Shown here one piece after another: positions 1 through 9,620 of a stretch of DNA of 64,000 nucleotides. Both the position numbers and the translations under genes were made by a program. Location: positions 24,236 through 88,235 of the IMG/VR virus record IMGVR_UViG_3300028029_000006; one strand, 5' to 3'. Position 1 is the first letter of the stretch; every line of letters starts with the position of its first letter. The notes beneath the pieces were generated by a model. The model ran no database searches. It was not told the origin of the DNA and saw only the letters and a list, made by a program, of their open reading frames with translations. The DNA comes from a virus.

Positions 1-1278
1 ATTGGAGCTGCGCTTGAAGATACTAAATCTACTTTAGCTGAATGCCGTAAATTAATGAAGTCATTTGTTATGTATGCCAAAGGTTCTGAAGCTGTAGAGA
101 AGAAAGCGGCAAAACTTAAATCTGATTTACTTAAAGTTGCTCAACCTGCAGATCCAAATGATCCTTTAATGGGTCTTGAAGGGGAAATGTTAGACTTAAG
201 TCCTGAAGGATTTGAAGCTGAAGAAGCGGAAAGAGCACGTCAACAGCGATTAGTTGATTACAAAGCAAAAATGCAACGTCAGCAAGGTGCTGCATATGAA
301 GCTCCAAAAGAAGCTCCAGGTTTATTTGATGTTCCTGAAACAATGGAAGAAGCAAAAAACCAAAGAGGCGGAGAAGCAGGCGGATACCAAAGTGGATTAA
401 CTGGACCATTGTCTGGCCATTCGCCAGGTGGAAATAGGTTGCTTGACGACTTAGATATGGATGATGTTGATATGGATGATGCTGATATGAATAATTTAGA
501 AATGGTTCTTCAAGATGGTACGAAAATTACCGCTGCAAAGAAGCTTGATAAAACCACCAAGTCTGGCCGAGCTGCCATTCGTGAGAAATTAGCTCAAAAA
601 GCACTTCAGTACTCAGATATGCTTGAAAAAGCTCATCCAGGTGGTGGAGAAACAACTCAGTTAGATGTTAAGCCTACTGGTGATCTTGCTAAGGTTGAAC
701 GTATTGATGAAGTGCAAGCCAGAATGATGGAAGTAGCAACTGCTCCTCCACGTGTTCAGAAAATGGCTGCAGAAATTCAAGAACTGGTTATTGAAGGTAA
801 AATCAATCCTGATACTGATTTTCCAGGACTGATTGCTCAAAGCCTTGACCCTGCCGCAGTTAAATACTGGAAAGATTTTTACGGTGAAATTAAAGATGGC
901 GGGAGTGAATTCGCTACTGAATTGGTTAAAGAGATTGCAACCAAAAAGAAAGCTGAAGAAACGCAAAACCTTCATGTTAAATATGCTCGCGCATATGAAT
1001 TAGCTGATAATATGGTTAGCAAAGGCATGTTAGCCAATGATCGTACCGCTAAACAGTCACAAATTAAAGAAATTCTTAAGTTTGATGATAATGCATTTAG
1101 TAGCTTCAGAAATTTTGTTGCCCGCCAAGCTACAGTTAAAAAGTTTGCAATGCCTCAGGTTGGATTAATGGGAGATTCAGGAGTTTTTCTTCCTGCTCCA
1201 GAAGTTAAGCGGTCTGATTTATCAAGTGAATTAGATGCTATGTTTGCCGGAAATGGTCTGAAAACTCGTAACTTTTAA
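1..1278 (+). CDS. Prohead scaffold/core-like protein, 5'-truncated
   Basis: Frame 1 is open from base 1 (IGAALEDTKSTLAECRKL-MKSF...). Acidic, coiled-coil-rich protein upstream of the capsid genes, ending in a short 'SELDAMF' helix. Function inferred from composition and synteny. Confidence 0.5.
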   Translation: MGAALEDTKSTLAECRKLMKSFVMYAKGSEAVEKKAAKLKSDLLKVAQPADPNDPLMGLEGEMLDLSPEGFEAEEAERARQQRLVDYKAKMQRQQGAAYEAPKEAPGLFDVPETMEEAKNQRGGEAGGYQSGLTGPLSGHSPGGNRLLDDLDMDDVDMDDADMNNLEMVLQDGTKITAAKKLDKTTKSGRAAIREKLAQKALQYSDMLEKAHPGGGETTQLDVKPTGDLAKVERIDEVQARMMEVATAPPRVQKMAAEIQELVIEGKINPDTDFPGLIAQSLDPAAVKYWKDFYGEIKDGGSEFATELVKEIATKKKAEETQNLHVKYARAYELADNMVSKGMLANDRTAKQSQIKEILKFDDNAFSSFRNFVARQATVKKFAMPQVGLMGDSGVFLPAPEVKRSDLSSELDAMFAGNGLKTRNF

Positions 1279-1286
1279 TTAAAGCG

Positions 1287-1323
1287 AAATATGGGTATGG
1301 AGCAATGCTTCATACCCATATTT
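1287..1323 (+). terminator. Stem-loop after scaffold-like gene (terminator or processing hairpin)
   Basis: aaatatgggtatg-gagcaatgctt-catacccatattt inverted repeat. Confidence 0.55.
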
Positions 1324-1349
1324 AATCTTAACCTTTTAATGGAATAAAA

Positions 1350-2270
1350 ATGCCAAAAAACAGTATTGGAAACATGGTCGCTTTAGAAATGAAATCCGTT
1401 TTAGAAAGTGACGAACATAAAAAGCTTTTTTGTAAAGAAGCTTCAGTTAATGAAAATAAAGAAGCTTTAGTTTCTGATGAATTAGAAACAGTTGCAACTA
1501 TTGAGGTTGAATCTTTTGGAGTTAAAGAATCTTTTGATAACTTAGTTAAACGTTTTGTTGCTCTTTCTGAAGATTTAGATAATCTTGGTTTCGAAAAAGC
1601 TTCTTCGAGCCTTTTAAACTCTTTTGATGTACTATTGAAAGAAGCTAATGGTGAAAAAATTGAAGAGATGATTGAACAAACCCTCCAAGGTTTTCAAGAT
1701 CCAAATTCAGATTTTGAAATCAATGTAGATGTTGATATGAAAGATCCAGTTTTAGAAGCCGATCCTCGTCTTTTAGGTGGTGAACTTGAAGAGCCGCAAA
1801 TGATGGATCTTGATGAAGCGTTAAAAGCAATTGAGGAATTAGGTTTAGACCATCCAGAAGGACCTCTCTCCCAGGAAACTAAAAAAGAAATGAAAGATGT
1901 TGGCCTTGGCGGATTAGCTAAAGAAATTGCTGAAGCATCTAAAAATGTAGATGCTTGGTTATCAAAAAATGCTGATTTAGATGAACAACCATTTAGCGAT
2001 TTAGAATTAGATGCAGATTTATCTGCTCTTTTAGGTTCTGAAAGTTTAGATGACCAACTTTTCGCCAAAGATGAAGACGAAGATGAAGGCTGTTGTTGCT
2101 CAAAAGGCAACCTTTGCCCTTGTAAAGATGATTGCTCTTGCAAAAAAGACAAATGTTCCTTCGATAAAGATGAAGATTCTTCAAAAGCTGATGATGAAGA
2201 TGAAGAAGATGATTTAAAAGCTGATGACGAAAAGGATGACACCGATGCAAAATTCGAAGAAGAAGATTGA
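1350..2270 (+). CDS. Highly acidic putative internal head protein with Cys-rich C-terminal patch
   Basis: 306 aa, D/E-rich, K-x-A motifs, GCCCSKGNLCPCKDDCSCKKDKC segment. Confidence 0.5.
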   Translation: MPKNSIGNMVALEMKSVLESDEHKKLFCKEASVNENKEALVSDELETVATIEVESFGVKESFDNLVKRFVALSEDLDNLGFEKASSSLLNSFDVLLKEANGEKIEEMIEQTLQGFQDPNSDFEINVDVDMKDPVLEADPRLLGGELEEPQMMDLDEALKAIEELGLDHPEGPLSQETKKEMKDVGLGGLAKEIAEASKNVDAWLSKNADLDEQPFSDLELDADLSALLGSESLDDQLFAKDEDEDEGCCCSKGNLCPCKDDCSCKKDKCSFDKDEDSSKADDEDEEDDLKADDEKDDTDAKFEEED

Positions 2271-2454
2271 TATTGGCGCAGAAATGGAAGCGTTACTTAA
2301 CCCTAACACTATTCAAAAAAGTGCTAAATCAAAAAATGTTAAAGACGCTTTAGATAGTTTAAGTAAAGCTGCTGATATTCTAGATGACTTAGGTTTATTT
2401 GTTATCGCTGAAGCCGCAACTCAAATGATGGAAAATATTCATAACAAGGATTAA
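2224..2454 (+). CDS. Small putative head protein
   Basis: 76 aa with AADILDDLGLFVIAE motif shared with neighbouring ORFs. Confidence 0.5.
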   Translation: MTKRMTPMQNSKKKIDIGAEMEALLNPNTIQKSAKSKNVKDALDSLSKAADILDDLGLFVIAEAATQMMENIHNKD

Positions 2455-2456
2455 AT

Positions 2457-2960
2457 ATGCTTTTTTTAGACCATACCACTGAAAATGAATTCTTTTTATC
2501 TTTAAAGCAGGGAATAAAGAAAAATGCTTCTTTTAATGAAGATTTAATTGAATCTAAAATTAAAAAAGCTTCTTCTTACTTAACTTATGCAGCAATCTGC
2601 TTAGAACAAGCTGGTTTCAAAAAAGAAGCCCAAATGATAACTGTTTTGGAAGAAGCTTGTTCAGATCCTGCCACAGAAGGATTAACTCCAGAAAATATGC
2701 TTTCAAATTTGGAAGAAAAAGGTTGGGTTTTTAATGATTCTGATGAAGGATGTTCTTGTAAAAAAGATGATTGCGCAATGTGTTTAGAAGGTGAACAGCC
2801 GCAATTAAGCCAATCAGAACTTTCCAAACTACGTAAAATTCTAGGTGACGAATCTAGTGCTATGGATGGTGATGCTAAAGAAGGTTTAACCGATATGTTT
2901 GGTAGTATGGAAAAAGAAGATAGAAAAGAGATGTTAAAACGTCTTAATAAAGATTTCTAA
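2457..2960 (+). CDS. Putative internal head protein
   Basis: 167 aa; AAICLEQAGFKKEA motif and GCSCKKDDCAMC patch. Confidence 0.5.
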   Translation: MLFLDHTTENEFFLSLKQGIKKNASFNEDLIESKIKKASSYLTYAAICLEQAGFKKEAQMITVLEEACSDPATEGLTPENMLSNLEEKGWVFNDSDEGCSCKKDDCAMCLEGEQPQLSQSELSKLRKILGDESSAMDGDAKEGLTDMFGSMEKEDRKEMLKRLNKDF

Positions 2961-3013
2961 TCTACGTTATATATATAATAAAAGTATCCTGATATTCAGG
3001 AGAATAATATAGG

Positions 3014-3721
3014 GTGAAAGTTATTTTTCGCATTTTACATAGCGGTAATACTATGCCGTATTCATTTCCTGTTGATCCTGATGCTGAATTTGAAGCTGGG
3101 CAAATTGCTCAGCTTTATTTAAGAGGAAACCAGGTTGTTTGCGGTGTTAGTGATGGAACAGCTCCATTTGGTATTATTGATGATATTAAAAAGAATACAT
3201 TTTCTTCCACATCAATTGATGAAACAGTTATAGTTTACGTTGCTCCAATAGCTGCTCCAGGACCTGGTGGATCATTGGTTACCTCTGTAGATATATTAAA
3301 GGAACTTAATAATCCAAATATAAAAGGCGCATCGTTTATTTCAAGTCCAGTTGATATTGAATTAATTGAAAGAAATGGAGTTGTAAGATTTTTAGCGGGA
3401 ACTACTCTTAATTTTGATCAAGATGGAGATGGTATTGCTGATTCTATTAAGACAGTAGTTAGCTATTCATTTTTTGTTCCTAATGTTCCTGGAGATGATT
3501 CAACTCTTTCATCTGGGCGCATTACTGTTTGGTTTCAAAAGTTAATTGGTGCTACTGATGCTTTCGAAACTAACCGAAGGTACCCTCTTAATAACCCTTT
3601 ATTTGTATCTGAGGCAGGCTTATTTACTACTAGGCAAATTCAACCTGATTATCCAGCAGTAGCTATAGTAATGAATCCGCCAACTAACATACATGGCAGT
3701 CTAGAATTTTTATTATTATAA
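3014..3721 (+). CDS. Putative capsid cement/decoration-like structural protein
   Basis: Beta-rich 235 aa; GTAPFGIIDD, SGRITVW and LFVSEAGLFT segments parallel SGKVTLW and IYATAAGLLT in 10732..11400. Confidence 0.45.
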   Translation: MKVIFRILHSGNTMPYSFPVDPDAEFEAGQIAQLYLRGNQVVCGVSDGTAPFGIIDDIKKNTFSSTSIDETVIVYVAPIAAPGPGGSLVTSVDILKELNNPNIKGASFISSPVDIELIERNGVVRFLAGTTLNFDQDGDGIADSIKTVVSYSFFVPNVPGDDSTLSSGRITVWFQKLIGATDAFETNRRYPLNNPLFVSEAGLFTTRQIQPDYPAVAIVMNPPTNIHGSLEFLLL

Positions 3722-3739
3722 TTGATATATATATTATAT

Positions 3740-4117
3740 GTGATTGAAATAATTGAACAAGTTGGTAAGCCTTTAATGATTAAGGCTTATCATAATTTTG
3801 CTTTAGGTTTGTTGGTTAAACTAATTAGAACTCCAAACGATATTTATGCATCATTAAGTTTGGGAAAAAAACCTTTTGGTGTTGTGGCGGGACCACCTAA
3901 TCAATTTAAAATGATTCCTGTTCTGTATAACAGTTCAACTTTACTTAAGCTATATTATTTTGAGAATGAATTATCTTATTCTTTAGGAGATCTTTTATAT
4001 TCAAACCCTTGGGGAAGAATAACTTCAAAAAAAACTTACCCTAATTCTATTCCTATAGCTTTTGTTGAGGAAAATTTAAAAGAAAATGAAAATTTATTAA
4101 AAATTCGATTAATTTAG
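3740..4117 (+). CDS. Divergent short paralogue of the cement-like protein
   Basis: PFGVV and LGDLLYSNPWGRIT segments; GTG start at 3740 preferred over the track start at 3722. Confidence 0.4.
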   Translation: MIEIIEQVGKPLMIKAYHNFALGLLVKLIRTPNDIYASLSLGKKPFGVVAGPPNQFKMIPVLYNSSTLLKLYYFENELSYSLGDLLYSNPWGRITSKKTYPNSIPIAFVEENLKENENLLKIRLI

Positions 4118-4179
4118 CCTATTTGTCCCATGCATAAATTCACATTGTTGTGACCATTATTAAAGGTCTTAGGATAATT

Positions 4180-4458
4180 ATGAACGAAGATTGGACAGCA
4201 ATAATGGATTCCGAAGTAATGCGGAATTACCTTCAAGCAGAATTGGCAAAAGAAGCCGCTGTTAAACCAAAACCTGAAATTGATGAGGAGTCAGTTGTAG
4301 AGGCATTTGTAGACTTTGAAGATCAAATTAAAAATGATCCTAAATTACTATTTGCGTTTAAGCAGTACCAAAAAAAGATTGGTAGCGATTCAAATTATGC
4401 TAAACAATGCAACCCTTTATTTGCTCAAGCAGTTATGATGCTTGATCTTGATGAATAG
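4180..4458 (+). CDS. Hypothetical head protein
   Basis: AGGA precedes ATG 4180; N-terminal DSEVMR matches DSEIMR of the next ORF. Confidence 0.5.
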   Translation: MNEDWTAIMDSEVMRNYLQAELAKEAAVKPKPEIDEESVVEAFVDFEDQIKNDPKLLFAFKQYQKKIGSDSNYAKQCNPLFAQAVMMLDLDE

Positions 4459-4465
4459 GATTAAT

Positions 4466-7400
4466 ATGACAATAGCAAAAAAAAGCGGAAACTTCTTAGA
4501 TAGTGAAATAATGAGAAGTCTTGAAACAGTAGCTATTAAACGTGGTTTAATCACTCCTGATCCTATCAAAAAAGAAGCCTCATCAAAAGATTTAAAAACG
4601 TCTGATGATTTACATGATGATTTAATTAATTTAGTTTCATTATTAAAAAATAGGGGATATGAAAAAGAAGCTAATCTATTAGAAGATAAAATTCATATTC
4701 ATAAGATGGCGGAAACTCATTTGTACAATACTCATGATGAGACCGGTGAGGATTTAATTGATTTTGCTCATCCTGATGGTGATTTTGAAGTTGCTCCATC
4801 TAAAGATGATTATGGTAAAGTTGAAACCGTTTTATCTACTCAGAAAAAAATTATTGAAAAAATTCACAAAATTCCTACTGGTAAATATGCTGCAATGGAT
4901 CCTATTGTAACTATGAGTTTAACTTTTGGAGAAGCTATGTCTCCTATTGTTAGAATTCCTGCAGATGATATTGCAGATACAGTTATGGAAAATTTGGTCC
5001 GTTCCATTAAAGAAGATTATAAAGGTCCTGTTTCGGGCCTTCATAAGATTGCTAACTTATTTCATACTGATATTAAGAATGAAGCCTCAGATTGGGGTCA
5101 GCAAATTCAAGAAGAAAAACAGAAAAATCCAAATTACAAAATGGATGAAGCTTTAGGTATTATTGCTGAAATAACTTTTGCTAGGGCTCATAGTAGATAC
5201 AAACAACCTCTTCGTGAAGGTACATTTTCATCCATTACTCAAAGTACTTTAAAAAAAATGGCTGAACCAAGAAGTAAAGCTGAAGCTGAAGTATGGATTA
5301 CTCAAAATGTAATTCCTTATACTAGAAGTTTAGTTGATAAATTAAAAAAATCAGCTGATGATTTGTTTTGGTGGGAAAATAAAACTTGGGGTTTTAGTGT
5401 TGACGTCATGACTACTAAATTATCACAAGCTATTTTTGGATATCTTAAAACTTGGCTTAAAAACGGTTTAGACCCAGAAAGTTTAATTAATTCAATTAGC
5501 AAGCAAATGTTAGCTAATCATAAATTAGGTAGCTGGTATGATAATGAAGGTGATCTTTGGGTTGGTAGATTGTTTTCCGCTGGAACCGCTGGGGATGGAT
5601 TTGATTTTATTGAAGGTCAAAACATTTCTCCCATTAAAGAAAAACTTGAAGAGAAATCAAAAGCTGAAGAAAAAAAAGAATTTAACCTTTCTGTAACTAA
5701 AAAAACGCTTAAAGATAAAATTTTATCTTTAAGAAGTATTAGAGAAAAAAATAATGTCCATGCTGATAATCGTAAATTAGCTTATCAAATTGAACAAGAA
5801 CTATTAAGCATACATTCCGCTATTAAATCATCAAATACAATTAGCGAACTTATTGGTATGCTAAGACAATCTGTTAGTGATGTTGATAATTGGGATGAAA
5901 TCAATGATATTACTGATATTAAACGCCTTCTTAATATCGAAATTGATGCTGTAAGCAGTTGGTTGGACATTTTAAATAGTCCAGAGTCTTATCGTAAAGA
6001 AGCTTCATCAAAATCTGATTTAAATAAAAAAGCTGTAGTAAAACCACCTAGCGGAACAAAAAAGCAAGAAGTTAAACCAGGTGGTGCAGCTTATAAAGCC
6101 GTTAGCCCTCTTACACAATTAACTTTAAAAATACAACTAGAGCTTAAAAAACTAGCAGATGCTTTTGAAAAACGAGGTGGTAAAAAAAATCTAGCTGATG
6201 AAATGAGAAACACAGGTGCTCCAGGGTATGGGCCTAAAGTTAAAAGAGCGCTTGAAATTGCCGAAGGTATTAGAGCTAAAAATTTAGAATCAAATCCCGC
6301 TATCTCAATTCCTCCAACTAATGCTACTTTAAAATCTTTGGAAGCCCTTACTTCAACTCTTGAATCAGGGAAAACGAAAGCATCAAATGTTTTGGGAATA
6401 TATAAAGAAAATATTCCAGTTAACAGAAAGGATACTTTATCACCTTTCTATTTTTACCGTTGGGGTCTTGAAAATAATCTCATTCCATATGATACAGATG
6501 AAAGTGGAGAGGAAACTTTTAATATTAAAAATTTATCTGACTTAATCAAAGATGTTGAAGAGACTTCCAGAACACAATTTTCTAAAGCTGAAGGTAGAGA
6601 AGCAAAAGTTGCCTCATTAAGATTTGTTAAAGCTATTAATGAAATAAAAAAAGCTTTTGCTAAAATAATTGTAACAGGTTATTATAACTGGAACCCACAA
6701 ACTAGAAGATGGAAAAAAGGAATTGTCCCAACACATATGAGAGTTAGTGATCTAAAAATAGTACCATCAGTTAAAGGTAGACTCAGAACTCCTGGACAAC
6801 CAGGACAGTCAGGAACAAATCAAACAGGTTCAATGAATGTTGATGAAAACGGCCGTTTATTAGATGGTGTTCAAATTGAATTTATTTCCGGGCAACCACA
6901 AAGAATTGGTAAAGGTTCAGCTGTAAGCCAAATTCCACCCATTACCAAAGTGATTAACTTGAGTGATAAATTTTGGTGGAGAAAAATTCCTGAAAGATTC
7001 CCAATGAGTTATCATGAATGGGAAAATGCTAACGTTAGATCATTAGCAAACTTATACTTTGGTCATAATGATGGATTATCTGACGCTGAAATTCAATTAG
7101 CTATATCAAATACACCATATAGATTTACTCGTATGTATCAAGGACAAGCTTATGTATTAATTGCTGATGGAAAAGGAGGATCAACAGAAGTTTCTGCTAA
7201 TAGTGTTCCTGTTGTTAACCAAGCAATTCAATCAATTGAATCTCAAAGCTCTTTATCTAAATTTGCCAGATTCTTAAGAAGAATGAAAGCAGAAGTGTCT
7301 TCTGTGTTTTTAAGGTATAGTCGTGGAGTCACAGATCCAATTGTTAAACAAAAATTAGTAAATAGATCTGCCCAAACTGCACTTGCATGGCAAGCTCTTT

Positions 7401-7468
7401 TTGATGCATTAACAGGCGAAATTGGTCGTGAAATGCGATCAGTTCAAAAACAAAGAACATATCGATAA
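4466..7468 (+). CDS. Large putative internal head/ejection protein
   Basis: About 1000 aa, helical, many K-x-A motifs and an AHP module; AGGA precedes ATG 4466. Confidence 0.5.
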   Translation: MTIAKKSGNFLDSEIMRSLETVAIKRGLITPDPIKKEASSKDLKTSDDLHDDLINLVSLLKNRGYEKEANLLEDKIHIHKMAETHLYNTHDETGEDLIDFAHPDGDFEVAPSKDDYGKVETVLSTQKKIIEKIHKIPTGKYAAMDPIVTMSLTFGEAMSPIVRIPADDIADTVMENLVRSIKEDYKGPVSGLHKIANLFHTDIKNEASDWGQQIQEEKQKNPNYKMDEALGIIAEITFARAHSRYKQPLREGTFSSITQSTLKKMAEPRSKAEAEVWITQNVIPYTRSLVDKLKKSADDLFWWENKTWGFSVDVMTTKLSQAIFGYLKTWLKNGLDPESLINSISKQMLANHKLGSWYDNEGDLWVGRLFSAGTAGDGFDFIEGQNISPIKEKLEEKSKAEEKKEFNLSVTKKTLKDKILSLRSIREKNNVHADNRKLAYQIEQELLSIHSAIKSSNTISELIGMLRQSVSDVDNWDEINDITDIKRLLNIEIDAVSSWLDILNSPESYRKEASSKSDLNKKAVVKPPSGTKKQEVKPGGAAYKAVSPLTQLTLKIQLELKKLADAFEKRGGKKNLADEMRNTGAPGYGPKVKRALEIAEGIRAKNLESNPAISIPPTNATLKSLEALTSTLESGKTKASNVLGIYKENIPVNRKDTLSPFYFYRWGLENNLIPYDTDESGEETFNIKNLSDLIKDVEETSRTQFSKAEGREAKVASLRFVKAINEIKKAFAKIIVTGYYNWNPQTRRWKKGIVPTHMRVSDLKIVPSVKGRLRTPGQPGQSGTNQTGSMNVDENGRLLDGVQIEFISGQPQRIGKGSAVSQIPPITKVINLSDKFWWRKIPERFPMSYHEWENANVRSLANLYFGHNDGLSDAEIQLAISNTPYRFTRMYQGQAYVLIADGKGGSTEVSANSVPVVNQAIQSIESQSSLSKFARFLRRMKAEVSSVFLRYSRGVTDPIVKQKLVNRSAQTALAWQALFDALTGEIGREMRSVQKQRTYR

Positions 7469-8517
7469 TGAATAGACACGCAAAATTACAAGAAATCTAT
7501 GATGAATCTATTGTCAACACTTTAGCTTCATCAAATGATTTTAATATTATCAAACAAGCTGGTCTTTGGGATGAGTTAGGGTTTGGTTCTATAGCCTCTG
7601 TCATTAAAGACCAAGTACAGACCCATGTTGTTAAAGAAAACTCCAAGGAAGGCTATTTAGATGCCTTGGGTAATGTTTTATTATCTGGAGCACTCTTTAA
7701 AATTCATCCCGTACTTGGAATTGCCAATACAGTTGCAGGCGCACTTGGAGTAGATGTTATTGGAATTATATCAAAAGTTTTTGGCGCAGCAAAAAGCGCC
7801 TTAATGCAAGGCGGAACATTATCTGAAAGTACATTTAATTCTTTAACCAAAACGGCTTTTAGTAAAAATCAATTAAAAAAAGAAGCTCAAATTTTTTCTA
7901 GAAGAAGAAGCTTAAATACTCCTGATATTCCGTTTTTACCAAAAAAGAATCAATCTGTAATAGTAAGAGTTTTCGGAAATCTTTTCGCAAAAGGAAAAAG
8001 AACAAGAGCATCATGGTTGGCCAAAGGAATTATTATCTGGGCTCTTAAAACAGCACTACTAGGAGCAGGATTATTAACAACAACAGGAATGGTCACTTCT
8101 TTTGTTAAAGATTTAACTGATAAAAAATCTGAAGAAACGCCAACAGAAACAATTGAAATGCCAGGCAAACATGAGCAAGCTTATGTGGCGCCAAAACAAG
8201 AAAAATATGTTTCTAAACTTAGATCTAGTGGGGCGGGAGAAAAAGTTTTTAAAAATGATCTTGATCATATGTGGATTGTTCCTCTTATTGGAAATATAAG
8301 CAATACTGTATTAGCTTGGACCGAAGAAATTTACCCACAGTTATCTGGATATGACCACATAATAAAGAGTAATCCTGCATTTCAAAGAACTGTAGCTTTA
8401 CTAGGAAGAGATAGAAGTTCTACTAGCCAAGATTCACTTTTAGTGCCTCCTGGTTTTACTAGTCGTAAACAAGTAGTAGATTTATTTGCACATGAAGCAG
8501 CAAAGGGTTTAATATGA
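7468..8517 (+). CDS. Putative ejection protein with Gly/Ala-rich hydrophobic segments
   Basis: 349 aa; hydrophobic helices (LGIANTVAGALGVDVIGII; IIIWALKTALLGAGLL); K-x-A motifs. Confidence 0.45.
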   Translation: MNRHAKLQEIYDESIVNTLASSNDFNIIKQAGLWDELGFGSIASVIKDQVQTHVVKENSKEGYLDALGNVLLSGALFKIHPVLGIANTVAGALGVDVIGIISKVFGAAKSALMQGGTLSESTFNSLTKTAFSKNQLKKEAQIFSRRRSLNTPDIPFLPKKNQSVIVRVFGNLFAKGKRTRASWLAKGIIIWALKTALLGAGLLTTTGMVTSFVKDLTDKKSEETPTETIEMPGKHEQAYVAPKQEKYVSKLRSSGAGEKVFKNDLDHMWIVPLIGNISNTVLAWTEEIYPQLSGYDHIIKSNPAFQRTVALLGRDRSSTSQDSLLVPPGFTSRKQVVDLFAHEAAKGLI

Positions 8518-9620
8518 GTGATATTTTTGATGAATACGCCAAAATTGCAATTGAACAAGGTTTAATTAAAAAAGCCGAGGATGTAACCAAACAAACAAAT
8601 CCTCGTTTTGATTCATTAGATCTAGAAGCTATTGAAATGCTCTATGGCGTTAAACCAAATGGCAAAGATGATGACATTCATATTGTTGAACAAGCTCATC
8701 TAAAATCCGTTGTAGTGTCCCCTTCCTATGATCGAGTTAATGGATTGGTAGAAAATATTTTGGAACGACAAGATATTATGCATTTTATTGCTACCAAACC
8801 AACTCATGGAAAACTTATTCAAGAACGATATGTTAAAGCTCATCAGGAATTACTTGATGAAGTTATTAAAGTTGCTTTTATTTTAGATCGCGATGATGAA
8901 CAAAATTTAATGTCTTTTGCAGATAATTGTGCAGAAAGATTAACTAAAAAGGGGTTTGTTTTTACTGCTTCTACTGTTTTAATAGCTTTAAAGATTGGTG
9001 CTGTAGCTTTGGCGGCTACTGGGTTAATTAATAATTTTGGCGGAATGATGGATGCTGGATTTGTTGATAATGCATCTAGAGCTGTTGAAGAATTAACCGA
9101 TCTTGTTAATGATAATGAATTACCTGGAGAGCAGCAGTCATTACAAGAATTAATTGAGTTAATTAAAATCGTTAAACAACAATATCAAGATCTTAACTCT
9201 TTTAGTATAACTGGTAGCACAGAAGAAGAGGTTAAGGCTGAACTTGGTATTGGAAAAAAAATATTAATCCAATACGTTAAAGATGCTAAAAAACTAGCTT
9301 CACAAATTACAGTTTTCCTTAGGGTTATTGAAAGCTCAGGTAAAACAGAAGAAAGTTGGATGAGTAAAAATTTAGGTGATGCTGGCTTAGCTGTAGAAAA
9401 AGTTTTTGAAAGTATTTGGAGTGATGATAAACGAGACGCTTTAACAATTTTAGATACTTTAAAAGAAAGCCTCTTAAATTCTGTCTCTAATATGCAAAAA
9501 TATTTTTCAGCATTAAAAGCAAAAGCCGAAACAATGAATGTAGAAGAACTTACCGAATCTTTAACGGAAAAAACAGAATCTGAATTTTCTGAATCAACAT
9601 TATCTGATCTTGAACTGTAA
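8514..9620 (+). CDS. Putative internal head/ejection protein
   Basis: 368 aa; AH module; hydrophobic helix after TKKG. Confidence 0.45.
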   Translation: MSDIFDEYAKIAIEQGLIKKAEDVTKQTNPRFDSLDLEAIEMLYGVKPNGKDDDIHIVEQAHLKSVVVSPSYDRVNGLVENILERQDIMHFIATKPTHGKLIQERYVKAHQELLDEVIKVAFILDRDDEQNLMSFADNCAERLTKKGFVFTASTVLIALKIGAVALAATGLINNFGGMMDAGFVDNASRAVEELTDLVNDNELPGEQQSLQELIELIKIVKQQYQDLNSFSITGSTEEEVKAELGIGKKILIQYVKDAKKLASQITVFLRVIESSGKTEESWMSKNLGDAGLAVEKVFESIWSDDKRDALTILDTLKESLLNSVSNMQKYFSALKAKAETMNVEELTESLTEKTESEFSESTLSDLEL

